64,000 nt of DNA from Sphingomonadaceae bacterium (GCA_025056155.1 JANWWL010000003.1:2245-66244); one strand, 5' to 3'; shown: positions 41,481 to 52,929, counted from the stretch's first letter. Numbers and translations are program-made. The notes: generated by a model from the sequence alone, not told the origin.

Positions 41481-42142
41481 TCCGCGTGACCACCGTCCTG
41501 ATGCTGCTGATGGCCGCGGCCGCGGAGCCGCTCACCCCGTCCGACGTCCTGCTCGATCCCGAGCAATTCGTGTGCAGCGACGGCCGCCTCCTGGCCGTGA
41601 CGCGCAACGACGCGACAGGGGTCGCCCAGCTGCTGTGGGACGGCGAGGTGCTGACGCTCATGGAACAGGTGGGACGCACGCCCCGCCGATTCGTCTCGGG
41701 CATGTTCTCCCTCGACCTCGAAGCCTCTGCCGCGGCGGTGCGCACGGGTCGGCGCGGCTCGCTCGTCACCCGCTGCCGGAAGGTGGGCGATGCGCCCACC
41801 CCGGGCGTCGTCTGGGGCCGCATCGACCTGGCCGATCCGCTTCCCGCCGACGCCCGCGTCCGGGTGTTCCTGACGGAAATGCCCGAGGCCGGCGGGCCGG
41901 CCGTGGAACTGGCCTCGACGACGGTCGCACCCCGGGGCAACCCAAGGCCGCTTCATTTCCTAATCGAGTTCCCCCCCGACCGCGCGACGGCCCGGCCGGG
42001 TGCCCGGCGCCTGGAAGCGCGGGTCGAGGTGCCCCAGGGCGGCCGCCCGGCCCGCGTGACCCACGTGTCGGCCGAGCCCGTCGCGGTGGCGGGAGAGGGC
42101 CTGGCCGCCGCCCGCCTCGTGCTGGTCCCGGCACGGCCGTGA
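41477..42142 (+). CDS. hypothetical secreted protein with weak MliC-like N-terminal and YbaY-like C-terminal resemblance
   Basis: 221-aa ORF with a TTG start overlapping the polA stop (TTGA). Its own stop overlaps the truB GTG (GTGA). It has a hydrophobic N-terminus. The start codon is uncertain. Confidence 0.45.
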   Translation: MIRVTTVLMLLMAAAAEPLTPSDVLLDPEQFVCSDGRLLAVTRNDATGVAQLLWDGEVLTLMEQVGRTPRRFVSGMFSLDLEASAAAVRTGRRGSLVTRCRKVGDAPTPGVVWGRIDLADPLPADARVRVFLTEMPEAGGPAVELASTTVAPRGNPRPLHFLIEFPPDRATARPGARRLEARVEVPQGGRPARVTHVSAEPVAVAGEGLAAARLVLVPARP

Positions 42143-43032
42143 CGGGTCGGCACGGCTGGCTCGTGATCGACAAGCCGGTCGGCCCCACCTCGGCCGACGT
42201 CGTCAACCGCATCCGCCGCGCGCTGGCGAAGGCGGGCCATCGCCGCCTGCGCGTGGGCCACGGCGGCACGCTCGACCCGCTGGCCACGGGCGTCCTGCCG
42301 CTTGCGCTGGGCGAAGCCACCAAGCTTGCGGGCTTCGTGCTGGATGGCCCCAAGTCCTACCGGTTCGCCCTGCGCTTCGGGATCGAGACGACAACGGGGG
42401 ATCTGGACGGGGAGGTCGTGGGCACGAGCCCCGTGCGGCCCACCGCGGCCGAGATCTCAGCCGCCCTGCCGCGCTTCCGGGGCGCGATCGGCCAGCGGCC
42501 GCCGGCCTTCTCGGCCGTCAAGGTGGACGGCCGGCGCGCGCATGCGCTAGCGCGGGCGGGCCTCACGCCGCGGCTCGACGAGCGCACGGTCGTGATCGAC
42601 CGGTTCGAGCTCGTGGGCCAGGAGGGCGACGAGGCGTGGTTCGAAGTGGATTGCTCCAAGGGCACCTATGTGCGCAGCCTTGGCCCCGACCTGGCGCGGG
42701 CATTGGGAACGGTGGGCACGGTGTCGCGGTTGGTGCGCACCCGGGCCGGTCCCTTCACGATCGCCCAGGCCATGTCGCTGGACAGGGCGCTGGAACTGGT
42801 GCAAGGGGATCGTCTGGAGCAGGCCCTGATGCCGCTGGCGGCCGGACTGGACGACATCCCGGTCCTGGCCGTGTCCCCGGAAGAGGCGCTGCGGCTGAGG
42901 CAGGGGCAGGCGATTCCCGCAACTCGGGCTCGCTCGGGCCTCCACCTCGCGACCCGCGGCGCAGTCCCCGTGGCGCTGGTGGACGTCCGGCACGGGTGCG
43001 TGACGGTCGTCCGGGGCTTGAACCTGGATTGA
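42139..43032 (+). CDS. truB: tRNA pseudouridine(55) synthase
   Basis: GTG start at 42139. Motifs [13 protein letters not shown] and [15 protein letters not shown] are present. 297 aa. Confidence 0.88.
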   Translation: MTGRHGWLVIDKPVGPTSADVVNRIRRALAKAGHRRLRVGHGGTLDPLATGVLPLALGEATKLAGFVLDGPKSYRFALRFGIETTTGDLDGEVVGTSPVRPTAAEISAALPRFRGAIGQRPPAFSAVKVDGRRAHALARAGLTPRLDERTVVIDRFELVGQEGDEAWFEVDCSKGTYVRSLGPDLARALGTVGTVSRLVRTRAGPFTIAQAMSLDRALELVQGDRLEQALMPLAAGLDDIPVLAVSPEEALRLRQGQAIPATRARSGLHLATRGAVPVALVDVRHGCVTVVRGLNLD

Positions 43033-43046
43033 GGAGTGCAAGGCCG

Positions 43047-43316
43047 ATGTCGATCACTGCCGAGCGCAAGCAGGCGCTCATCGCCGAGAACGCCCGCAGC
43101 CCGGGCGATACGGGAAGCCCTGAGGTGCAGGTGGCGATCCTGACCGAGCGGATCCAGAACCTGACCGAGCATTTCAAGGTGCACGCCAAGGACAAGCATT
43201 CGCGCCGCGGGCTGCTCATGATGGTGAACAAGAGGCGTTCGCTCCTCGACTATCTGCGACGGAAGGACCCGCAGCGCTACCAGGCGCTCATCGCCCGGCT
43301 GGGCTTGAGGAAATGA
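43047..43316 (+). CDS. rpsO: 30S ribosomal protein S15
   Basis: 89 aa: [12 protein letters not shown]...[32 protein letters not shown]. Confidence 0.93.
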   Translation: MSITAERKQALIAENARSPGDTGSPEVQVAILTERIQNLTEHFKVHAKDKHSRRGLLMMVNKRRSLLDYLRRKDPQRYQALIARLGLRK

Positions 43317-43320
43317 GGAT

Positions 43321-43353
43321 GCCGGCCCCCGCGGCGACCGCCCGGGGGCCGGT
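43321..43353 (+). terminator. GC-rich hairpin in the rpsO-pnp spacer (attenuator or processing structure)
   Basis: A 10-bp perfect stem, CCGGCCCCCG (43322-43331) pairing with CGGGGGCCGG (43343-43352), starts 5 nt after the rpsO stop and is followed by TTCG. A stem-loop at this position is the known RNase III and autoregulation site of pnp in E. coli. Confidence 0.4.
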
Positions 43354-43436
43354 TCGCATGGGCCGGGCCCCGGTGGGTTCGGCCCGACGAGGTGGCCGCG
43401 TGCGGCCGGCAACTGGGGGCGGAGAGACAGACCCCG

Positions 43437-45665
43437 ATGTTCAACATTACACGGAAGTCGATCGAATGGGGCGGGCGGACCCTCACCCTCGAGACCGGGC
43501 GGGTCGCTCGCCAGGCCGACGGGGCGGTGCTGGCCACCTATGGCGAGACGGTGGTGCTGTGCGCCGTGACGGCGGCGCGGACGGTGCGCGAAGGGCAGGA
43601 CTTCTTCCCGCTGACCGTCCACTACCAGGAAAAGTTCGCGGCCGCGGGCCGCATTCCGGGCGGCTTCTTCAAGCGGGAACGGGGCGCCACCGAACAGGAG
43701 ACCTTGGTCTCCCGGCTCATCGACCGGCCGATCCGTCCGCTGTTTCCCGAAGGCTTCCTCAACGAAGTCAATGTCGTGGCCCAGGTGCTCTCGTACGACG
43801 GCGAGAACGAGGCCGACGTCGTGGCCATGATCGCGGCCTCCGCGGCCCTCACCCTGTCGGGCGTGCCGTTCCGCGGCCCCATCGGGGCGGCGCGCGTGGG
43901 CTTCCGTGACGGCCAGTACCAGCTCAATCCTCCGCGCAGCGAACTCTCCGAGGGCCGGCTCGACCTGGTGGTGGCCGGCACGGCCGAGGCCGTGATGATG
44001 GTGGAGTCGGAAGCGCACGAGCTGTCCGAAGAGGAGATGCTGGGCGCGGTGATGTTCGGCCACCGCGCGCTCAAGCCCGTCATCCAGCTCATCGTCGAGA
44101 TGGCCGAGGAGGCCGCCCGCGAGCCATGGCCGCTCCCCGTGGACGAGGAGGGCCCGCGGATCCTCGACGAGCTGCGCACGAGCCTGGGCGAGGAGTTCCG
44201 GCAGGCCTACCGCATCGCCGGCAAGGCCGAGCGGCAGGCGGCCCTCGCCACCCTGCGCGAGCGGGCGAAGGCCCGGTTCGCCGCGGCCGACCCCGTGACC
44301 CAGGCACGGGCCGGGAAGCTCGTGAAGCGCCTGGAGGCCGAGATCGTGCGCTCGGCCATCCTGGAGGAAGGCCGTCGGATCGACGGCCGCGACCTCAAGG
44401 CCATCCGCCCCATCGACTGCGCCGTGGGCTTTCTGCCGCGCACCCATGGCTCGGCGCTGTTCACCCGTGGCGAGACACAGGCGATCGTCACGACGACGCT
44501 GGGCACGGCCGATTCCGAACAGATGATCGATGGCCTCGACGGCCTGCGCTATGAGCGCTTCATGCTGCACTATAATTTCCCGCCCTATTCGGTGGGAGAG
44601 GTGGGCCGCCTGGGGCCCCCGGGCCGGCGCGAGATCGGTCACGGCAAGCTCGCCTGGCGGGCCATCCACCCGCTGCTGCCGCCCAAGGAAACCTTCCCCT
44701 ACACCATCCGCGTCGTCTCCGACGTGACGGAGTCGAACGGCTCCTCCTCGATGGCCACCGTGTGCGGCGCCTCGCTGGCACTCATGGACGCGGGCGTGCC
44801 CATCCCCCGCCCGGTGGCGGGCATTGCCATGGGCCTCATCCTGGAAGGCGAGCGCTTCGCCGTCATCTCGGACATCCTGGGGGACGAGGACCACCTGGGC
44901 GACATGGACTTCAAGGTGGCCGGCACCGAGCGCGGAGTCACCAGCTTACAGATGGACATCAAGATCCCCGGGATCACCGAGGAGATCATGCGGGTGGCCT
45001 TGAGCCAGGCGCGCGAGGGCCGGGCGCACATCCTGGCCCAGATGGCCCGCGCCATCGCGACGCCCAGGCCACAGATGTCCGAACACGCCCCGCGGATCGA
45101 GGTGATCACCATCCCCAAGGATCGCATCCGCGACGTGATCGGCACGGGGGGCAAGGTGATCCGCGAGATCGTGGCCACCACCGGGGCCAAGGTGGACATC
45201 GAGGACGACGGCACGGTGAAGATCGCCAGCCCCGACCCCGAGAAGATCCGTGCGGCGCGCGAATGGATCGAGGGCCTCACCGCCGAGCCCGAGGTGGGCA
45301 AGATCTACACGGGCAAGGTGGTGGGCATGCCCGACTTCGGCGCCTTCGTGAACTTCCTGGGTTCGCGCGACGGACTCGTGCACATTTCCGAGATCCGCAA
45401 CGAGCGGGTCGAGCGAGTGTCCGACGTCCTGCACGAGGGCCAGACGGTCAAGGTGAAGGTGATCGGCATCGACGAGCGCGGCAAGGTGAAGCTGTCGATG
45501 CGGCTGGTGGATCAGGAGACGGGGGAGGAACTGCCCGACCCCCGCGCGAAGAAGGGCGGGTCGGCATCCCAGGGAAGCGAGGGAGGACGCACGCGCCCGC
45601 GGCGCGACCGCGGGGCCGAGGCGGGCAAGCCCAAGCTGCCCGCGTTCTTGACCGGCCGGGACTGA
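43437..45665 (+). CDS. pnp: polyribonucleotide nucleotidyltransferase (PNPase)
   Basis: I place the start at [21 protein letters not shown], after GGAGAG. Two RNase PH domains, a KH domain and an S1 domain ([15 protein letters not shown]) follow. 742 aa. Confidence 0.93.
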   Translation: MFNITRKSIEWGGRTLTLETGRVARQADGAVLATYGETVVLCAVTAARTVREGQDFFPLTVHYQEKFAAAGRIPGGFFKRERGATEQETLVSRLIDRPIRPLFPEGFLNEVNVVAQVLSYDGENEADVVAMIAASAALTLSGVPFRGPIGAARVGFRDGQYQLNPPRSELSEGRLDLVVAGTAEAVMMVESEAHELSEEEMLGAVMFGHRALKPVIQLIVEMAEEAAREPWPLPVDEEGPRILDELRTSLGEEFRQAYRIAGKAERQAALATLRERAKARFAAADPVTQARAGKLVKRLEAEIVRSAILEEGRRIDGRDLKAIRPIDCAVGFLPRTHGSALFTRGETQAIVTTTLGTADSEQMIDGLDGLRYERFMLHYNFPPYSVGEVGRLGPPGRREIGHGKLAWRAIHPLLPPKETFPYTIRVVSDVTESNGSSSMATVCGASLALMDAGVPIPRPVAGIAMGLILEGERFAVISDILGDEDHLGDMDFKVAGTERGVTSLQMDIKIPGITEEIMRVALSQAREGRAHILAQMARAIATPRPQMSEHAPRIEVITIPKDRIRDVIGTGGKVIREIVATTGAKVDIEDDGTVKIASPDPEKIRAAREWIEGLTAEPEVGKIYTGKVVGMPDFGAFVNFLGSRDGLVHISEIRNERVERVSDVLHEGQTVKVKVIGIDERGKVKLSMRLVDQETGEELPDPRAKKGGSASQGSEGGRTRPRRDRGAEAGKPKLPAFLTGRD

Positions 45666-46094
45666 GTGCCCGCGCCGGCCTCGGGCGCCGCCGGGAGGCG
45701 GCCCGCGCGGGTGCGGTGCCCGCATCGGCGCGGCAGCGTCGCCTTCGTGGGTTGCCGGGATGGCCGCAGGCGCGGCGCCCACGACGGCCCGTTGGCTGGG
45801 ACCAGCGGCCCCTGCGCGCGGGTGCCCTGCCGGACGGCCACGGCGTGAAGGTCGCGCGCGAGCTGCCCGCCTGCACACAAGGTCCCGGGGGCCCGCGCGG
45901 GTCCGCCGATGCGGGGCCGCTGCGACGTGATGGGCGCTCGGCCCATCGGAGGTGCCGGGCCGCCGCTCGGTCATGGGTCGGGATCCGGCCTTCCGGCGGT
46001 CCTCCTGGGCGGCCCTGGCGCGCAGGCTTGGCCTCGGGTCAGGGGCCGGCCGCCCGGCGTTCCTTCGCGGTGGCCCAGGTGCGCGGCCGGGCCG

Positions 46095-47102
46095 TCAGGC
46101 CATGGGCGCTGGGGTCAGGTCGGTCGGCCGGTCGTCGGCGATGGCCAGCATGCGCTCGAGCGGCACCAGCGCCCGCCGGCGCAGCTCCTCGGGCAGCTCG
46201 ATGCGGGGCTCGAGGTCTCGCAGCGCCCGATAGAGCTTCTCGAGCGTGTTGAGCGCCATGTAGGGGCAGATGTTGCAGCTGCACCGACCGTCGGCCCCCG
46301 GGGCCCCGATGAAGGTCTTGTGAGGGGCAGCCCGCTCCATCTGGTGGATGATGTGGGGCTCTGTTGCCACGATGATCGTGTCGCCGGGCGTGTCCAGGGC
46401 GAACTTCAGGATGGCCGACGTGGAGCCCACGAAGTCGGCGTGCTCGAGGATGTGGCCTGGGCACTCGGGATGCGCGGCGACGGGGGCACCCGGATGGAGC
46501 GCCTTCAGCTTCAGAAGCTCGGTCTCCGAGAAGGCCTCGTGCACGATGCAGGTGCCTTCCCACAGCACCATCGTCCGACCCGTGCGCCGCATGAGCCACG
46601 CCCCCAGGTGCCGGTCGGGTGCGAAGAGGATGGGCCGCTCGGGCGGAATGGCGCGGATGATCCGCTCGGCCGAGGAGGAGGTGACGATGATGTCGGAAAG
46701 CGCTTTCACCTCGGCCGAGCTGTTGATGTAGGTGAGCGCCAGGTGATCGGGGTGGGCGGCGCGGAAGCGCGCGAACTCGGCCGGCGGGCAGCTGTCCTCG
46801 AGGCTGCAGCCGGCGTCGAGGTCGGGCAGCACGACGATCCGGTCCGGGGCCAGGATCTTGGCGGTCTCGGCCATGAAGCGCACGCCGCAGAAGGCGATGA
46901 CACGGGCGTCGGTGGCCGCGGCCCGGCGCGACAGCTCGAGCGAGTCGCCCACGAAATCGGCGAGGTCCTGGATTTCGGGCGCTTGGTAATAGTGGGCCAG
47001 GATGACCGCCTGGCGCTCGCGCTTCAGCTGGGCGATCTCGGCCAGGAGGTCGGTTCGGGCGAGAGGTGGTGCGTTCATCGCAGGGGGTGTCCGCCACTCC
47101 AT
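46095..47102 (-). CDS. nadA: quinolinate synthase
   Basis: 335-aa ORF with [13 protein letters not shown] and conserved cysteines (CSLED, CIVHE, CPYM). The start could instead be the ATG at 47078. Confidence 0.85.
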   Translation of the reverse strand: MEWRTPPAMNAPPLARTDLLAEIAQLKRERQAVILAHYYQAPEIQDLADFVGDSLELSRRAAATDARVIAFCGVRFMAETAKILAPDRIVVLPDLDAGCSLEDSCPPAEFARFRAAHPDHLALTYINSSAEVKALSDIIVTSSSAERIIRAIPPERPILFAPDRHLGAWLMRRTGRTMVLWEGTCIVHEAFSETELLKLKALHPGAPVAAHPECPGHILEHADFVGSTSAILKFALDTPGDTIIVATEPHIIHQMERAAPHKTFIGAPGADGRCSCNICPYMALNTLEKLYRALRDLEPRIELPEELRRRALVPLERMLAIADDRPTDLTPAPMA

Positions 47103-47139
47103 CTAGGTCTCGGGGGCGGGAACGGAAAGGGGAGGTGGC

Positions 47140-48297
47140 ATGAGCGAGGAAGCGCTGCGGCACGTCGAGGAGGCCGAACGGGCCGCCCTGGAGGTGGACG
47201 GAGTCGGCCCCGACACCCCCGTCCGCCCGGTGGCGCGGGTGGGCGTGGTGGGCGCGGGCACTATGGGCGGTGGCATCGCCATGAACTTCCTCAACATCGG
47301 GGTGCCGGTCACGATCGTTGAGCGGGCGCAGGAGCCGCTCGACCGGGGTCTCGCCGTCGTCCGCCGCAACTACGAACGCTCGGCCAGCCGAGGGCGCCTC
47401 ACGATGGACGATGTGGAACGCCGGATGGCGCTGCTCACGCCGTCGCTCGCGCTTGCCAACCTCGCGGACTGCGACCTCGTGATCGAAGCGGTGTTCGAGG
47501 ACATGGCGCTCAAGAAACGGGTGTTCGCCGAACTCGACCGCGTGGTGAAGGATGGCGCCATCCTGGCCACGAACACGAGCTTCCTCGACGTGAACGAGAT
47601 CGCCGCCGCCACGGCCCGGCCGCAGGACGTGCTGGGCATGCATTTCTTCTCTCCTGCCAACGTGATGCGCCTGCTCGAGATCGTGCGGGGGGCCCGGACG
47701 GCGCCCGACGTCATCAAGACCGCGATCGAGACCGGCCGGGCCATCGGCAAGGTGCCGGTGGTGGCCGGCGTGTGCCCAGGCTTCATCGGCAACCGGATGC
47801 TGGCGCGCCGGCAGCAGGCGGCCAACGAGCTCCTGCTGGAAGGGGCGATGCCGTGGGAGGTGGACCGGGCGCTCACCAACTTCGGCTTCCCCATGGGGCC
47901 CTTCCAGATGGCCGACCTGGCGGGCCTCGACATCGGCTGGAATCCGGCCACCTCGAAGGGCGAGACGCTGCGCGACCGCCTGTGCGAGATGGGCCGGCGT
48001 GGCCAGAAGACGGGGGCTGGCTTCTACGACTATGACGCCGAGCGCAACCGCACGCCCTCTCCCGTGGTGGAGCGGCTGATCCGCGACTTCGTGCGCGAGA
48101 AGGGCGGCGAGCCTCGCCCGCACGACGAGGCCGAGATCCTCGACCGGCTGCTGCAGCCCATGATCGAGGAGGGGCAGAAGATTCTGGCCGAAGGCATCGC
48201 CGCCCGCCCGGGCGATATCGATGTGGTGTGGGTGCATGGCTATGGCTGGCCGCGGGCGACGGGTGGCCCCATGTGGTGGGCGGGCGTTCGCGGCTGA
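47140..48297 (+). CDS. 3-hydroxyacyl-CoA dehydrogenase module, stand-alone and possibly truncated
   Basis: NAD-binding [19 protein letters not shown], and C-terminal dimerisation repeats. There is no enoyl-CoA hydratase domain upstream. The sequence ends abruptly at ...[11 protein letters not shown], where family members normally continue for about 40 residues. Confidence 0.65.
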   Translation: MSEEALRHVEEAERAALEVDGVGPDTPVRPVARVGVVGAGTMGGGIAMNFLNIGVPVTIVERAQEPLDRGLAVVRRNYERSASRGRLTMDDVERRMALLTPSLALANLADCDLVIEAVFEDMALKKRVFAELDRVVKDGAILATNTSFLDVNEIAAATARPQDVLGMHFFSPANVMRLLEIVRGARTAPDVIKTAIETGRAIGKVPVVAGVCPGFIGNRMLARRQQAANELLLEGAMPWEVDRALTNFGFPMGPFQMADLAGLDIGWNPATSKGETLRDRLCEMGRRGQKTGAGFYDYDAERNRTPSPVVERLIRDFVREKGGEPRPHDEAEILDRLLQPMIEEGQKILAEGIAARPGDIDVVWVHGYGWPRATGGPMWWAGVRG

Positions 48298-48452
48298 GCC
48301 TGAGATCCGAGGTCGGCCGGGGCGCGCCAGGGCACGGCCGCCCCTTCTCCTGGGGCGCGTGGGCCAGGCCCCGGGGCCTGGGCCTGAGGCCGGTTCGACG
48401 ACAAGCGCCAGGCCAGGCGGTGGATGGCACCTAGCTCGCGGGCACACCCGCG

Positions 48453-48863
48453 TCAGGCCGGTTCGAAGACCAGCGCCACGCCGTTGATGCAGAAGCGCAG
48501 GCCCGTGGGCGGCGGGCCATCGGGAAACACATGGCCCAGGTGGCTGCCGCAGTTGGCGCAATGCACCTCCTGCCGCACCATCCCAAAGGACCGGTCGGTC
48601 GAGAAGCCGACCGACCCCTCGATCGGAGCGTAGAAGCTGGGCCAGCCCGTGCCCGACTCGAACTTGGCGCTCCCCTCGAACAGCGGCTGGCCACAGCCGG
48701 CACAGCGGAACAGGCCCGGCCGCTTCTCGGACAAGAGCGCGCACGACCCGGGACGCTCGGTGCCGTGCCGGCGCATCACCCGATACTGTTCCGGGGTCAG
48801 CCGCCGCCGCCATTCCTCGTCGGACAGGGCGAACGGAAACGGCGATGGCGAAGCGTCGTTCAT
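48453..48863 (-). CDS. msrB: peptide-methionine (R)-S-oxide reductase
   Basis: 136 aa with two CxxC pairs (CAGCG, CANCG) and GWPSF and RFCINGVAL motifs. Confidence 0.9.
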   Translation of the reverse strand: MNDASPSPFPFALSDEEWRRRLTPEQYRVMRRHGTERPGSCALLSEKRPGLFRCAGCGQPLFEGSAKFESGTGWPSFYAPIEGSVGFSTDRSFGMVRQEVHCANCGSHLGHVFPDGPPPTGLRFCINGVALVFEPA

Positions 48864-48886
48864 GGCCGGCCTCTAGCCCGGCCCGC

Positions 48887-49528
48887 TCAGCCAGGAAAGT
48901 CGGGCTGCGCTTCCGGGCGGCTCGCCTGGAACGCGGGCAGGGCGTTGCACGCCTCCTCGATGGCCAGGAGCCGCGGCAGCGATCCCAGGTCCACCCCGAA
49001 GCGGCGCGCGTTGGCAAGCTGGGGCACGATCAGCACGTCGGCCAGGCTCACCCGCGCGCCGAAGGCGAAGGGGCCAGGATCCACCATCCGCTCGACGGCC
49101 CCGAGGCCCCGGGCGACGACGTCGGCCGCCCAGGTCCGCGCCGCCGCGGCCCCGGCAAGCGCCTCCACGCGTTGGAGCACGCTCAGGTTTTGCAGAGGAT
49201 GCGTGTCGCAAGCGATGGCCAGCGCCACCGCCCGCACGCGGGCCCGGACGATCGGGTCGGGCGGCAAGAGCGGCGGCTGGGGCACCGTCTCCTCGAGCCA
49301 CTCCAGGATGGCGAGCGACTGGGTCAGCACCGTGCCGTCGGCAAGTTCGAGCGCTGGCACCAGCCCCTGGGGATGGCGTGCCCGCCAGGCGGGTGCGTGC
49401 TGCGCCCCGGCCCTGAGGTCCACCGCTTCGGTCGAGAAGGCCAGGCCCTTCCAGTGAAGGCCGATCCGCACCCGCCAGGTGGCGGTCGAGCGATGGTAAC
49501 CATAAAGGCGCATCGGGCCGGGCGGCAT
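48887..49528 (-). CDS. maiA: maleylacetoacetate isomerase (zeta-class glutathione S-transferase)
   Basis: The zeta-class motif S.A.WRVRIGL and the motif LVPALEL are present. 213 aa. The start may instead be the internal MRLYGY. Confidence 0.7.
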   Translation of the reverse strand: MPPGPMRLYGYHRSTATWRVRIGLHWKGLAFSTEAVDLRAGAQHAPAWRARHPQGLVPALELADGTVLTQSLAILEWLEETVPQPPLLPPDPIVRARVRAVALAIACDTHPLQNLSVLQRVEALAGAAAARTWAADVVARGLGAVERMVDPGPFAFGARVSLADVLIVPQLANARRFGVDLGSLPRLLAIEEACNALPAFQASRPEAQPDFPG

Positions 49529-49681
49529 GGACCGGCTCTAGGCTTGTGGGCCGTGGGCGAACAATCCTGTCACCCTTGCGCAACACTGCGCGCGAAAGCC
49601 AACGCCGCGACCCAGGCCACCCTTGTGCCCCTGGCCCCGTCGTTCAGGATGGGGGGCGTCAACCCTTGCGGGGGGTTCTCC

Positions 49682-52306
49682 ATGCCGCTGCGCTGGCTTC
49701 TGTCCGCCCCGATCGCCCTGGCCCCGACACCCGCCCTGGCCCAGGCTTCCGGGGAGGAGGAGCGCACCATCATCGTCACGGGCACGCGGCGCACTGACCG
49801 CACCGTGCTCGACAGCCCCGTGCCCATCGACGTGCTGGGGAGTGAACAGTTGCAGGTCCGCGGGCTGACCGAGACGGCGCGGGCCCTGCGGGACCTGGTG
49901 CCGTCGTTCAACTTTCCCCAGCCGTCGATCACCGACGGCACCGACGTCATTCGTCCGGCCACCCTGCGGGGCCTGGGCCCCGACCAGACGCTCGTGCTGG
50001 TGAACGGCAAACGGCGGCACCTGTCGGCGCTGCTCAACATCAACGCGTCGGTGGGGCGCGGGACCCAGGCGGTCGACATCAACATGATCCCCGCCCCGGC
50101 CATCGCCCGCGTCGAAGTGCTGCGCGACGGTGCGGCCGCGCAGTACGGCTCGGACGCGATCGCGGGGGTCATCAACTTCCAGCTGCGCGACGAACGTCAG
50201 GGTGCCCGCTTCGCCATCACGGCGGGCACGCACCGCGGGCGCGTGAAGGGGGTGGAGGAAGTGACGGGGGTGGCCCGGGACGCGGCCGGCACGCCGTTGC
50301 TGGCGCCCGACAGCACGCTGCGCCTGGAGACGACGGGGGAAGACCGCAAGGCCCGCGACGGCGACTTCGTGTCGCTTCAGGCGAACCTCGGCCTACCGCT
50401 CTTGGCGCAGGGCCATCTCAACTTCACGGTGGAATACCGCGACCGGGCGCTCACCAACCGGGCCGGCTACGACCCCCGCCGGCAATACAACGTGGCGGCC
50501 GTCTACGACCCGCGCGAGTTCACCTTCAACCGCCTGTCGCATCTCTATGGCGACGCCCAGACCGAGGACGTGGCCGTCGTCGTCAACGCCGGGCTGCCCT
50601 TCGACGACGCCCTCAAGCTCTACGCCTTCGGCACCTTCGGCCACCGCGAGGGCCTGTCGGCCGGCTTCTACCGGCGCTCGAACGACAACCGTAACGTGAT
50701 CGCCCTCTACCCCGATGGCTTCCTGCCCCGGATCAACACCAAGGCGGTCGATTTCGCCGTCACGGCCGGAATCGAGGGCGAGCTCCTGGGGGCGAACTTC
50801 GACCTGTCGCTGGGCTACGGGCGCAACGCCTTCGACTTCCGGGTCAAGAACTCGGTCAACGCGTCGCTGGGCGTCAACAGCCCCACCGAGTTCGACTCCG
50901 GGGGGCTCCGCTACGACCAGCTCCTCCTCAACCTCGACGTCACGCGCGGCTACGACTGGCTGGCGGGCGTCACGTTCGCGGCCGGCGTGGAGTGGCGGCG
51001 CGAGACGTATCGCGTGCGCCCGGGAGAACTGGCGAGCTATCAGGCCGGCCCTGTGCGGGTGGGCGAGAACAACCCGCAGTTCACGGGCCCGGCCGGCCAG
51101 GCCTTCGCCGCCCCGGGAGCGCAGGTGTTCCCCGGCTTCCAGCCGGTGGTGGGCGGGGTGGACGTGACCCGGCGCAACGCGCGGGAGAACGTCTCGGTCT
51201 ACCTCGAGGTCGACGCCAACGTCACCGACCGGATCGGCCTCCAGCTGGCCGGGCGCTACGAAGACTACACGGATTTCGGCTCGGACTGGAACGGCAAGGC
51301 CGCCGGGCGCTGGCAGATGCTCGATGCGCTGGCGCTGCGGGGGGCCGTCTCGACCGGCTTCCGGGCGCCGGGGCTCGCCCAACAGTTCTTCGCGGCGTCC
51401 GCCACCAACAACATCGGCGGCGTGCTGCTCGACTCGGTCACCCTGCCCAACGCCAACCCCGTGGCCCTGGCGCTGGGTTCCACGCCCTTGAAGCCCGAGA
51501 CGTCGTGGAACGTCTCGGCCGGGGGGGTGCTGACACCCGCCCCGCGCGTGACGCTGACGGTCGACTGGTACCGGATCGACATCGACGACCGCATCGTGCT
51601 CACCGACAACCTGATCGCCACGCGGGACGCGGCCGGTAACCCGACCGGCCCCGACCCCGGCCGCGGCATCGCCCGGATCCTGAACGACGCAGGCTTTCGC
51701 AGCATTTCGGCCGCGCGCTTCTTCTTCAACGGGATCGACACGCGCACCCAGGGCCTGGACGTGATCGCGAACTGGCGGCCCGACCTGGGCGACGGCCAGA
51801 CGCTGGCGCTGACGGTCGGCTACAACCGCAACCGCACGCGCATCACCGGCCGGCAGGACCTGCCGGGCGCGCTCAACCAGGTGCCGGGCATCGTGCTGTT
51901 CGGGCGCCTGGAATCGCTCAGGATCGAGCGCGGGCAACCGGTCGACCGCGTCAACCTCGTCCTCGACTACGAGCGCGCGCGCTTCGGGTTCACCCTACGC
52001 GCCAATCGCTTCGGCGAAGTGCTTTCCCCGGGCCTCGATCCGCTCAACGACCTGCTGATGGAGCCCCGCTGGGTGAGCGACCTCGAAACCCGCGTGCGCC
52101 CCCTCCCTCGGCTCGAGCTCGCCCTGGGGGCCGACAATCTGTTCAACACCTATCCCACGCGAGCGCCGGTGGGCCTGGCCCCGGATCCCGCAACCGGCCA
52201 GCTGCGGGCGCTTTCGGTCAACAATTATTTCCTCCCCTTCTCAAGCTTCTCACCGTTCGGCTTCAACGGCCGGTTCCTCTACCTGCGCGTAAGCCTCGAC
52301 TTCTGA
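49682..52306 (+). CDS. TonB-dependent receptor
   Basis: I place the start at MPLRWLLSAPIALAPTPALAQA, inside track ORF 48845-52306. Motifs IIVTGTRR and TLRGLGPDQTLVLVNGKRR are present, and it ends ...LYLRVSLDF. An alternative ATG lies at 49649. Confidence 0.85.
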   Translation: MPLRWLLSAPIALAPTPALAQASGEEERTIIVTGTRRTDRTVLDSPVPIDVLGSEQLQVRGLTETARALRDLVPSFNFPQPSITDGTDVIRPATLRGLGPDQTLVLVNGKRRHLSALLNINASVGRGTQAVDINMIPAPAIARVEVLRDGAAAQYGSDAIAGVINFQLRDERQGARFAITAGTHRGRVKGVEEVTGVARDAAGTPLLAPDSTLRLETTGEDRKARDGDFVSLQANLGLPLLAQGHLNFTVEYRDRALTNRAGYDPRRQYNVAAVYDPREFTFNRLSHLYGDAQTEDVAVVVNAGLPFDDALKLYAFGTFGHREGLSAGFYRRSNDNRNVIALYPDGFLPRINTKAVDFAVTAGIEGELLGANFDLSLGYGRNAFDFRVKNSVNASLGVNSPTEFDSGGLRYDQLLLNLDVTRGYDWLAGVTFAAGVEWRRETYRVRPGELASYQAGPVRVGENNPQFTGPAGQAFAAPGAQVFPGFQPVVGGVDVTRRNARENVSVYLEVDANVTDRIGLQLAGRYEDYTDFGSDWNGKAAGRWQMLDALALRGAVSTGFRAPGLAQQFFAASATNNIGGVLLDSVTLPNANPVALALGSTPLKPETSWNVSAGGVLTPAPRVTLTVDWYRIDIDDRIVLTDNLIATRDAAGNPTGPDPGRGIARILNDAGFRSISAARFFFNGIDTRTQGLDVIANWRPDLGDGQTLALTVGYNRNRTRITGRQDLPGALNQVPGIVLFGRLESLRIERGQPVDRVNLVLDYERARFGFTLRANRFGEVLSPGLDPLNDLLMEPRWVSDLETRVRPLPRLELALGADNLFNTYPTRAPVGLAPDPATGQLRALSVNNYFLPFSSFSPFGFNGRFLYLRVSLDF

Positions 52307-52641
52307 GCCGGTCGAGCGAGAGGGTGCGGGCCGGAACTGGGCGCCCAGGGGCTCGACCATGCGGGCGGGCCGCCCCGGCGCGGCCGGCATGGTGCGGATG
52401 CGGGTGATCCCTGCGGTGCCGAGCGCCTGATGGCGGCCTCTTCGCTTCCTGGGGGCGCATTCGCCCTCGCACCGAGCGCCCGGAGGCGTCGTGGCGGGTG
52501 TTGCCCCTGGCGTGGGGCCGGGGCCCGCGCCGCGGCCCGAGCGCCCAACTGGGTCCTCTGGCGTGCGGCGCGGTCACCATCGGCCGGGTGCCCCGTCCAC
52601 CCCTTGGCGTGGGGCGCGGTCGCCACAGGCGCGGGCGTCCG

Positions 52642-52929
52642 TCAGCCGGCCAGGATGGCGTCGATCGCGCGGGCCAGCCGCACGTCGCGGGACGTGAGGC
52701 CCCCCGCCTCGTGGGTCGACAGCGCGATGTCCACCCGGTTCCACACGTTCGTCCACTCGGGGTGGTGATCCTGCCTCTCGGCCACCAGCGCCACGCGTGT
52801 CATGAAGGCGAAGGCCTCGGTGAAGTCGCGGAACCGCACGGTTCGCCGCAATTGCTCGCCGTCCACCGTCCAGCCGGGCAGCTCGGTCTCCAGCGCGGCC
52901 CGTTCCGCCTCGGTCAGCTTCTCGACCAT
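52642..52929 (-). CDS. phhB: 4a-hydroxytetrahydrobiopterin (pterin-4-alpha-carbinolamine) dehydratase
   Basis: The ATG at 52929 follows GGAGGTGG. 95 aa with the motifs [12 protein letters not shown] and [10 protein letters not shown]. Confidence 0.85.
   Translation of the reverse strand: MVEKLTEAERAALETELPGWTVDGEQLRRTVRFRDFTEAFAFMTRVALVAERQDHHPEWTNVWNRVDIALSTHEAGGLTSRDVRLARAIDAILAG

Noticed and set aside
45666-46094. The 430-nt gap between pnp and nadA as a hidden small gene or sRNA.
   Set aside because: All frames give Arg/Pro/Gly-rich nonsense. Only generic GC hairpins are present, for example CCCGCGC...GCGCGGG just after the pnp stop. Nothing is specific enough to call.
49529-49681. Riboswitch (B12 or TPP) upstream of the TonB receptor at 49682.
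   Set aside because: No conserved riboswitch core motifs were seen by eye in the 150-nt leader. Not supportable without an Rfam scan.
52307-52641. Loose repeats of CCC(C)T(T)GGCGTGGGGC (near 52500 and 52600) and CCGAGCGCCC in the 335-nt convergent spacer after the TonB receptor.
   Set aside because: There are only two imperfect short copies that do not extend into an alignable repeat unit. This is consistent with chance in GC-rich non-coding DNA.
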